A stretch of DNA of 56,650 nucleotides, filler included, from Jimgerdemannia flammicorona (taxonomy: Eukaryota), in NCBI GenBank assembly GCA_003990765.1. It is 3 parts of 3 records of this genome, joined end to end, with 100 filler letters (N's around TTAATTAATTAA, not from the genome) between each part and the next. Parts side by side here need not be neighbours in the genome. Positions count along the whole stretch, not along the records: positions 37,838 to 56,650 come from RBNJ01002106.1; 2 more parts are not named here. One strand, 5' to 3'. Position numbers and translations under genes: made by a program. Under the pieces are notes generated by a model. The model ran no database searches, was not told the origin of the DNA, and saw nothing but the letters and a program-made list of their open reading frames with translations. Below are positions 47,471 to 56,650 of this stretch, one piece after another (position 1 is the stretch's first letter; each line of letters begins with the position of its first letter).

Positions 47471-48879
47471 TCAGATTGACTGATAGTGGGGTTAATAGGT
47501 ATATTTTTGGACAATATAGTAACTAGTTTTGAGAGTTTACTAGTCTTCTTAGAATATTTGGTTATAATGTATCCTATTTGGTAATAAAAGAAACAAGCTC
47601 CAGATTTCTTCAGGCAGTCTTTCTCTTCAGGAGTAAGCTTGTTATTTTTCTTATTTATAGTATCTAGGTCCATTAGTGCTGGGCCAACTACTTTGGATTG
47701 GTACTTGTGATAGTTCTTAAAGTAGTTCTTCTTATAATATTCTAGTTCAAAGCAGTTACTAAATGTGATGATATCAAACCTATTAGTAATTCTTATGGCT
47801 TTATTGAGGGTCTGTGGCTCTTCTAGCTCAATCTTAACTTATGTGTTTTCTTTCAGGTCTCAGATATAGTAGTCTATCTTTTCATCTTCAGATATTGCTA
47901 GTAGTTCAAGTAGAATTGACAGAAATTATATAATATAGCTTTGTATAGACTTAAGTTGTTTGATATTTACTAGCTTATCTTAGGCTAGTTTGATAGTATT
48001 AGCAGACTTGAACTACTAATAGAGGGCTTTCTTAAGGGATTTCCAGTTCTAGATTCTTATTTTTGAGTATATAGAAGTATAATTACATATACTACCAGAT
48101 AGTTATATATATTTCCTCAGAAAAGTATAGTAGCAAATTGAACTTGCATATCTTCTTCTATTCTTGTGAGTTCAAAGTATTGGTCCAATTAGAAGGTTCA
48201 TACATCTATAGTTAGACCTCCTTGGTGACTATTAAAGGTATCTGGCTTTAGTAGCTTAAAACTAACTAGTATAGTAATAAGATATAATATAGCTACAGTT
48301 CTGGTCTTCTGATATTTTAGTTATACTTAAAGTTATTGAATTTTATAGACTATGGTGGTAATTATATTCTCTAGATTAACTTATAGTTCTGTACCATCTG
48401 TTTCTTCTATAGCAGAGAGGTCTGAATAGTAGGCTGGTTTTTCTATATATCTCATTTTAGACTTATCTGTTTGACTATTTTACACCTATATTTAGAGGCA
48501 AGATTTTAAAAGTTTATAACTTTTAAAATTACAATAGCTTTTAAAAAAAAATTTACCATATAATAATTCTACTTTTAGTATTTTTTTTTTTTTTTTAAAC
48601 AAATTGAGATATATTTTTAACAGAAAAACAATGTTTCAAAAATCATTTTTTTCAAACCTTAATTTGTCTGCTAAATGATTTTAAAAGATAATCTTATCTA
48701 CAGTCAAAGAAATATAACTAGTTGTAACTAGTTTTAGAATTTGTATAAGGTTTCTTAATAAGATAAGATATAATGATACTACTGCTATTAAATGTAATAG
48801 TTTTAATTTTTTTAAGAGAAAGTAGCTAAAACTGGTAATTCTGACAGGTCTAAAGTAGCTCAAAGAGATACTTGTAGAT

Positions 48880-48942
48880 AGTGCTCCTAATGAATCAAAT
48901 AAAATTAAAGACTAATTTGATTTGATTTATTTAGAAGTACTA
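48880..48942. mobile_element. Minimal ~63-bp MITE in the 5' LTR of element E
   Basis: TAGTGCTCCTAATGAATCAAAT...ATTTATTTAGAAGTACTA; flanked by CTTGTAGA / CTTATAAG; absent from the partner LTR (empty site CTTATAAA at ~39256). Confidence 0.75.
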
Positions 48943-49457
48943 CTTATAAGTTTAATTATTCTTGAAGAAATTCTGAGAGAAAAATATTCTAAGCTTTATT
49001 CAAGTAAAGAACAAGAATATTTATATAATATCTGAAAGGAAGATTCAGAAAAATCTCAGAAGAGAAGAGAAAAACCAAGAAATAGATTCTCAGCAAAAAT
49101 GACTAATAGAATTCAATAATATTCCAAAAGATTCTATAACTAGCTAAGATAAAATACTTAGTATCAAGAAAAGATAAAAATCTTCTAGTGATGTCTTGGT
49201 ACCAAGAGAAGATTTCTAGGTATTCAGAAGATACTGGAACATAGTAGAGTATATAAGAAAAGACAAGAAAAGACTAATAAAAAGATGTGAAAAAGTACTA
49301 AGACTAAAATATAACTGTGAAATTATTATAGCTCACTACTATATTCAAAGTTCTTATAGTTATATTTGAAGCTCTTGGCTTGGTTCACATATTGGCTAAT
49401 TATATTCAAAGCTAAGCAATAGATAAAATATATAAATAAGCTGTTTAAACTACTGCT

Positions 49458-49524
<67 letters not shown>

Positions 49525-49789
49525 CTAATAACTTTTAAACTTATATTGAATCTTTTTTTTACTATTTTGAGAATATAAATAATGTAATCAGCAAGACTGT
49601 TATTTTGTTTAATAATAATATATATTATGATAACTATAAGAAATATATATAAAAAATAATAATTATATATTAAATAATTTATCTCAGTCATCCAACCTCT
49701 GGTCACTATCTCTTCTACTATTATCTCTCTGACTACCATCAGTCTAGCCACTACTAGCCTGGTCACTACTAGCTTATCCACTATTTCAA

Positions 49790-52700
49790 AGTAAAGAAAT
49801 TATCTTTATATAAGTTATTTCAATTATAGATAATATAGTACCTATATTGGTCATCTTGAATTCTCAGCATAGAGTTCCTTTACTTTATTAAGCCTATTCT
49901 TACTGGCTATGATAATGATATCAACCTATATACCAATGAATGCTATACTATCATTATAATACTAGATGTATATATAATTGTCTACTTCACAATACTTGAA
50001 TCTATTATTAAGAAGATGTTTATCAATTCTTTTATTCTATAAGTATACTACTTACTTAATATTATATAACTCTTTATATAGTTTGCATATAAGCTTGCCA
50101 TTCTGGTTGTCATATAGTTCATATTCTTGTAGTTGACAAATATATAGTTCAGTATCTATGTCATCATTCAGAAAGACTATCTTAATGTCTATCTGATGGA
50201 TTTCTAGATTATATAGTATGCTGATTACAAGAAGTATTCTAAGTGAAGTAAGCTTGAATACTAGTAAAATTTTTTTGTCATAATTAATGCTATAATTTTG
50301 CAAATAATCCTTAGCAATAAAATAAGCTTTATATCACTTTATATCACTATTTGTATTGTATTTTATCCTATATACCCACTTGGATCTGATTACTTGACAA
50401 TTGGGAGAAAGAGATATAAGATCTCATATACTATTCTTGATAAATAAATCATATTCCTCATCTATCACTTGTTTCTATTTCTTACTGTCAGGATTAATTA
50501 TAGCTTCATTATATATACTTGGCTTGCTGAAAGATATTATAATATATATATATTTATATACTTTGGCATAGCTCATATGGCCCTTACATTATTATGAGAG
50601 CTTATTAATATATTCTAATAATTTCCCAATTCTGAACAAGTTTCTTACCAAATGTTTGAGTACTTTTTATCCTTTATAGAGGTAGAGGATCTCTCATTAT
50701 TGGAGGATTTACTGTCATCTTCATCCTTGATCTTCATCATCTTTAGCTCAGGCTTAGGTATATATATGTATATAGTAGTTGAAAAAAATAATTTTGATTG
50801 ACTGCTAGAGAAATGGATAATGATTGTACTAATTGCTGCATTTATGTTAGACTAGGATATAGATGTAGAGGTTTTGACTGATACTTCTATGCAAAGTTCT
50901 AAGCTATTTTCTTTTTCTCTGAACTATATATTATATAAAATAACTATATGTTACTTATATGAATCCCATAACTGATATACTTTATCAGAATACTCAAGAA
51001 ATATATACTTGCTTACCTTGGGTTTGAATTTATTCTAGATAGTATTACTTTTATTAAGGATATATGCCTTATAACTGAATATATATAGATAGGATACATT
51101 GAGTTTGGATCTACTTCATAATTCTTTAGAAGTAAGATTATCATTTCTGAAATACTTATTATTGCTGGAGTTCTTACTTAGCAATTGAGATATATACTGA
51201 TTATATATATATACTATAGTACTTATTACTTCAGCTTAATAAGAATATGATAGTCTGGTAGTATTGATCATTATATGCACTATTTCTATAGCTATATAGT
51301 TAAATTGCTCAGCCACACTATTCTGCTGAGACATATAGAGAGATATTGTTTAATGACTTATATTATATTTTATTAAGAATTGCTTGAATATATAGTTGAT
51401 GTATTTATATATATTATCTAATCATATAGTATATATTCTATGTTCTGTCTTATTCTCAGAAATTACTTTAAATTCTTTAAATTTATCCAAAGCTTTACTC
51501 TTTATTGATAGAAGGTATATATATATCTTATATATATAATTATCAATAAATGTGAGAAAGTATCTCTTATTAGAGTGCAATAGTATATCTATATATTCAT
51601 ATGTATGAGGTTGAGGATCCTTGATATATACTTTAATCATTCTTTAAATAGTTACTGGGATATTTTATTTGTTATATAATCCTTGTAAAAGAAATTATCA
51701 TATATATATATATATATCAGCAATCTATTGATAGATTCACTCCTTATTATATATTCAAGACTTATCTTATCAATATATCCTAAGCATTGATGCTATATAT
51801 TGGATATATTAGGTGTAGTTATTATATATATAGAAGTTTTTGTATTATTCAGTATACTATTGATTATATAAAGATTGCCATATTTTGAGACTATCATTAA
51901 CCTCTTGTTGTTATATGAATTATATACTATTATACTCTTTGAATATATATATATCTCTTTATTACCATGCGTCATTATTTTGCCTATAGAGAAGAGGTTC
52001 TTTCCTATCTCTGAAGCATATAGTATGTCCACAAGAGTAGCAGTAGATTCAATGATATTTTTATAGAGATATATACTGATATCTCTCCTTTCTTGAGCAT
52101 AGATGACATTATTATCTCCCAACTTGATGGGTATAGAGTATTCAAATAGTTAATATATAAAGAACTATTTTTTATATAGTATCATATATTATATAGCTCT
52201 GGAATCCATTAATTAGATATCATTATCATCAACTATATTTGCTATATATGTATTTGGTGGATATATAGTTGACAGTTTTTCTATCCATATTGCTGATAGT
52301 ATTTATATCATTACTTTTTATTGGGTGAAAAGTGTTTTGTTTTTACTATTGACCAAAATTTATAGATAATAGATTAGTGTTTGGTAGTAGATCTCACACT
52401 AGCAGAACTGGTGCTAGTAGGACTTTTCAGCCTAAAATTGTCATTCTTGCCAGGCTTTGTAGATGTGGAAGTACTGGTGGCTTGTATAAAAAATAGATTA
52501 CTGCTTTTATCAGTTTCAGTGATATTTACATTACTATATTTCTCTTGATAGTTTCTATTACTTCCACATTATCAATTCTGACTTTTTCCATACTTTTTAC
52601 TACTCTCCTAGTTATTTTCCCAGTGATAACATTGGTACTTCCTATGTCTATACTTATTATAGTATTCACAATAACCATTATACTTAGTTAATTGGCTCTT

Positions 52701-53565
52701 ATATTATTGAGCTTGGGTTTGAGTTCATTGGCTTTATTGACTACACCTTTGATCTTATTTGGTACTGTATCTATAGAACCTATAGAATGTTCTTTTGTCA
52801 TCATTGCTACTATTTTCTTAGCATATTTCCTCATTCATGAGGCTCATTATAATATAGGCATAGTCCAAAAGACTGCTGCTCTTATATATAGCTGTAATGA
52901 CAATATTATATATATCCAGAAGTTCTCTTATAAGTACTATAACCTTATCTTTATTACTAATATAATTCATAGATATACTGAGAGAATTTACTTGATTTAT
53001 CAGATCATTAATATGACTGACATATTTATAGATATTCTTCTTAGACTTTATTTGAAGATTGAATAGCTGAGATTTTAGGTGGAATCTATTCAATATAGAT
53101 ACTTACATATAATAATTACATAGAGCTTCCCATATCTTATTAATTATATTCATATATATTTGTAGCTTTATATACTCTGCCAAGCCTGTATTTATCAAGA
53201 AGATTCATTATATGGAATATACAAATAGTATAGTCTTTCTTATCAAAGATCAGAACAGATCTCTTGGCTATATTTATACTTATAATAAGGACTGCTCTCA
53301 TTACTCAAATATTTGCAATTGGCATATCTATATTGTTAGGTTATTTATTACTTGATATTTCTAGTGTATATAATTATATAGTATTTATTTATAAAGTATA
53401 TATACTATAGCTACTTAATACTAGTGGAGCTTATAATCTTTATTAGAAAGAGGGATATTTTTATTAAGCTTACATAGGATGTATATTTTATACATTACTG
53501 ATGGATGATATAAGATTGATAAAATCACTAATTATATATTAATATATTAAGTTACCATCTCAATA
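49790..53565 (-). mobile_element. Decayed Ty1/Copia element (5' LTR, gag, PR, IN, RT), 3' end missing
   Basis: PBS remnant AGATTATAAGCTC (compare Copia GGTTATGGGCCC) at 53427-53439; UBN2-like gag; LMDSRAI protease; RYFLTFIDNY integrase; LEIHQIDIKIVFLNDDID RT. Confidence 0.9.
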
Positions 53566-53571
53566 TTATAT

Positions 53572-54122
53572 AGTAGTCTATTTGATATAGTAATTTATTT
53601 AGTATTTTTCAGTAATTAATTCTTATAATATTATCTCTTGAACTAAGAAGTGATCTGGCTATTAACTTAATAATATAGTTCTTTATAGAGTATCTATAAT
53701 AGTTTATAGAAATAAAGCTGATAACTAGAATAACTAATTAATAGCAGATAGTATGTATAAAGATAAATAATATCTTCAAAAATCAGATAATAGTCTATAT
53801 AGCAGTTTGTTTATCCTCTTCAAAATTGGATGGCAATAGTCTATATAATGGTTTATATATTGTTTTCTTTGGGTGATAGTCTGTACAGTGGTCTGTTTGA
53901 TATAGTGGTTTATTCAGTATTTTTCAGCAATTAATTCTTATAATATTGTCTCTCAAACTAAAAAGTAATCTGGCTATTAACTTAATGATACAGTTCTTTC
54001 TAAAGCATCTATTATTCAATACTAATAGTTTACAGAAATAAGATTGACAACTGAAATAACCAATTAATAATAAATAGTATAGAGATAAATAATGTTTTCA
54101 AAAATCAGGTAATAGTCTATAC
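53572..54122. repeat. Tandem duplication of a ~230-bp AT-rich unit (period ~316 bp)
   Basis: 53572-53800 aligns with 53888-54122. Confidence 0.85.
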
Positions 54123-54505
54123 TAGTGCTCCCAAATGAATCAAATCAATTCAAATCGAATTGAATTGAGGGTTAAACGAGTCAAATCGAATTGGGGATTT
54201 TTCAATTTGAATCAATTTGAATCGAATCAAAAGTCGAATCAAATTGAGGGTCTGATTTGAACCCTAAATTTCAAAATGCAATAGCTCAGCGTAAACTCAT
54301 CCAAATCTAACGTACTTTAGCTTGTTAGAATCACATTAATACAGTGAACCTAACAAGCTAAAATACATTAAATTTAGATGAGTTTTCGTCGAGTTATTAC
54401 ATTTTGAAAATTAAGGTTCGAATCGAACTTCAAATCAAATTGGACCTTTGATTTGATTTGAATCAAATCAAATTGGACCCTTGATTCGATTCATTGAGAG
54501 CACTA
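54123..54505. mobile_element. Fold-back MITE (hAT-like)
   Basis: TIRs TAGTGCTCCCAAATGAATC / GATTCATTGAGAGCACTA; TCGAA/TCAAA subterminal repeats; internal palindrome ~54245-54445. Confidence 0.88.
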
Positions 54506-54507
54506 GT

Positions 54508-54922
54508 TGTAATATAGTAGATATAACCTCAGAAGTATAGTGAATTCTAAAATTTATATAAAGAGAAAAAAAGTATATAAAGAAGACTTTTTTGACTAAG
54601 CTGAACTAACTGAGGTTTATTTACTTTAAAATATTAAGTTATTTATACAGATTTATATACTAATTCTGCTACTAAATATGAGGCTAAGTAATAAGTTATT
54701 TTATGTAAAATTCCAAGTAGAATTCTATCTATATCTCAGGTAGAATTTTATATAAAATCCTATCTAAAGTTCATAAAAGTAATAACAGTTTTACTGATAA
54801 TATTTTAGATACATATAATATGTAGTAAAGGTAATTTCTACACTATAATAAATTAGAAAATTGAATTTAGATATCATGATCAAATGTCTATATTCTGTTT
54901 TTATTTTATACCATATATCACA
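54508..54922 (-). repeat. Solo-LTR remnant related to family A
   Basis: TGTAATATAGTAGAT... and AGGTTTATTTACTTTAAAATATTAAGTTATTTATAC are reverse complements of blocks in the family A LTRs. Confidence 0.6.
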
Positions 54923-54996
54923 ATATTAAAAGTTATTAGAATAATTCTCTCAACTTTTATTAATTAGAATATTTAATAATAATAGTTAGTTAGAAT

Positions 54997-55351
54997 TAGT
55001 ACTCTTAAATAAATTGAATCAATTTGAATCAAATCAAATTAAGAGTCATTCAAATCAAATTAAATTGGGGATTTTTTAATTTGAATTAAGTTCAAATTGA
55101 ATTAAATTTGAATTAAATTAAGAGTCTAATTTGAACCCTATTTTTCAAAATATAATAACTCAACAAATATATATCCAAATTCAATGATCTTTAGCTTGTT
55201 ATATTCTCCTATATAAGGGAAATCTAACAAGCTATAGATCATTGAATTTGGATGTGTATTCATCAAGTTATTATATTTTGAAAAATAGGGTTTGAATTGG
55301 ACCTCAAATTGAATTGGACCTTTAATTCAATTTGATTCATTGGGAGTACTA
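54997..55351. mobile_element. Fold-back MITE (hAT-like)
   Basis: TIRs TAGTACTC.../...GAGTACTA; 8-bp TSD GTTAGAAT / GTTAAAAT; internal palindrome ~55130-55295. Confidence 0.88.
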
Positions 55352-56031
55352 GTTAAAATATAGATAAAAAGTCAGAAGACAAAAAGTCAAAGTATAGATA
55401 AGAAGTTAAAAAATTATAGAAAGTTAAATATATATATCTTTTATATACTTTAAAGTAAAAGTTCTTTTATTTAAAGAGGTTTATTGATAACTATATAAAA
55501 TATATATAATAATATTATATATATTAGATATTGATACAGAGTTATAATATCTAATTACAGTTATCAAATCATATCATTTCAAAATAAGTTAAGCAATTTT
55601 TATTTACAAACTATTTATAGATAGAAAATAGTAAAACAAACCCAATATAAATAATTTTTATTTTTCTAGTAAACTCTTGATCAATATATGTCCTTAAATA
55701 GCTATATATCCAAACTATATTTCATAGTATGAACTTGAACAGTCACGGACATGACTAGTACTGCGAACTGATTTTTATTTTTGTGATGGTTGATCTTTAA
55801 GTTGATCTTCAGATGAAGACAGGTCTTGGAAAAGGAAAAGGAAAAGTGATATCTTTTAGCTTGTGGGTGTGTTGGTGTTGCAGGTAATTGGTGCTTAAAT
55901 TAGAAGGTGGTGGAGTTGTTTGTCCATTGTTGTGTTGAATCTGTTGCTCGACGTTTCGTACGTTGGTGGCTTAGTCTTGCATGAAAGTCACTTTGCCGAA
56001 CCCTTGTTCGGCTGCGACACCCTCTAGCTAT

Positions 56032-56090
56032 GCTAGTTACACAACTCACCACGCTAGTTACACGACTCACTCGTCTTTTACACGACTCAC
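56032..56090. repeat. Three short direct repeats upstream of the TPR gene
   Basis: GCTAGTTACACAACTCAC, GCTAGTTACACGACTCAC, TTACACGACTCAC at 20-21-bp spacing. Confidence 0.8.
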
Positions 56091-56444
56091 TATGTGAACA
56101 GGCAACATGAGGCAATAGACGTTATTTGGTTATTAAATATGCATGTCTCATAACCAAAGTCTCCACATTGGAAAAAGCAACCCCAACATTTGCGACCCAA
56201 CCCTTCAGGCGGCTCACGATTTACGAATGCTTTCTCGGGCTCAATATATACGCTGCATGCAGTCCCTCCTTGTGAGCCGTGGAATTGACACGAATTGGCA
56301 CGCATGAGGCACTCATCTGAAACACGAGACTGATATTCCCGCATCATGATATCATGGATCAATTAGGTATAAGTGGGTGAGTTTTCTCTGCGTTGCCCCG
56401 ATTTTACATCAGTCGCCCCCAAAATTTTATAACCTCAACAGACC

Positions 56445-56650
56445 ATGCAAGCTCAAGACCTCACCAATTTGCAGAGGGAGGGCAACGAGCGGTTCCGGCA
56501 CAAGAATTACATCGGCGCAATCGAGAGCTACACCGCAGTCCTGGAGAAGAAACCGGACGATGCCGTCGTGCTATCCAACCGCGCTCAAGCGTACTTGAAC
56601 CTTTCGCAGTTTCGCGAGGCGCTGAGCGACGCCGAAGCGGCGGTGGGGTT
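56445..56650 (+). CDS. N-terminus of a TPR-repeat protein (runs off the window end)
   Basis: MQAQDLTNLQREGNERFRHKNYIGAIESYTAVLEKKPDDAVVLSNRAQAYLNLSQFREALSDAEAAVG; GNxxF/AxxxY/SNRA TPR pattern; ACCATG context; CpG intact. Confidence 0.9.
   Translation, partial: MQAQDLTNLQREGNERFRHKNYIGAIESYTAVLEKKPDDAVVLSNRAQAYLNLSQFREALSDAEAAVG

Larger units (their letters stand above)
39116..49330 (-). mobile_element. Full-length decayed chromodomain Ty3/Gypsy element (family E): gag-dUTPase-PR-RT-RH-IN-CHD
   Basis: LTRs ~39116-39648 and 48723-49330; PPT at 39649-39662; gag MDLD...SGACFF; protease VLIDSRAIENFI ~45700; YLDNILIF ~42255; RNase H FAIRAVLS; integrase; chromodomain EYKVKKILNK...EYLVK ~40000-40130. 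Confidence 0.92.

Noticed and set aside
49458..49790. Poly(T)/poly(A) abutment and degenerate 15-bp repeats
   Set aside because: Probably a retroposon tail and decayed subterminal repeats; too degraded to assign
55900..56362. Two small minus-strand ORFs in the CpG-rich upstream region
   Set aside because: No motifs, one is built from the short repeats, and there is no support for coding
56377..56598. 73-aa ORF in the supplied track
   Set aside because: Wrong frame; the TPR frame starts at ATG 56445 and is open to the window end

Overview
The window is eukaryotic, most likely from a repeat-rich fungal genome; an early-diverging lineage such as Mucoromycota is an inference, not a demonstrated assignment. 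It is not one locus. Three contigs of 18,821, 18,816 and at least 18,813 bp are joined by artificial 100-bp spacers (44N-TTAATTAATTAA-44N). About 98% is a nest of decayed, CpG-depleted transposons: (1) two copies of a Ty3/Gypsy family with a dUTPase between protease and RT; (2) two chromodomain Ty3/Gypsy elements, one with a dUTPase between gag and protease; (3) a further gag-bearing LTR fragment; (4) Copia remnants; (5) an internally deleted DIRS1-type tyrosine-recombinase retrotransposon with intact ITR/ICR termini; (6) several copies of a G-rich L1/Tx1-type LINE, one nearly full length; (7) fold-back MITEs with 8-bp TSDs (hAT-like); (8) five copies of a ~1.2-kb poly(A)-tailed non-coding retroposon with a fixed 5' end. 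The only clear host gene is the start of a TPR-protein ORF at 56445, in CpG-rich DNA. There are two strongest leads. First, a 2-kb LTR carries a ~365-codon ORF inside U3; the cassette is different in a sister LTR, and its core motif recurs as an extra 3' ORF in an unrelated Gypsy family. Second, the 1.2-kb retroposon appears to be a structured RNA with repeated K-turn-like modules, probably mobilised by the LINE. All protein calls come from manual translation through premature stops; no database searches were run.
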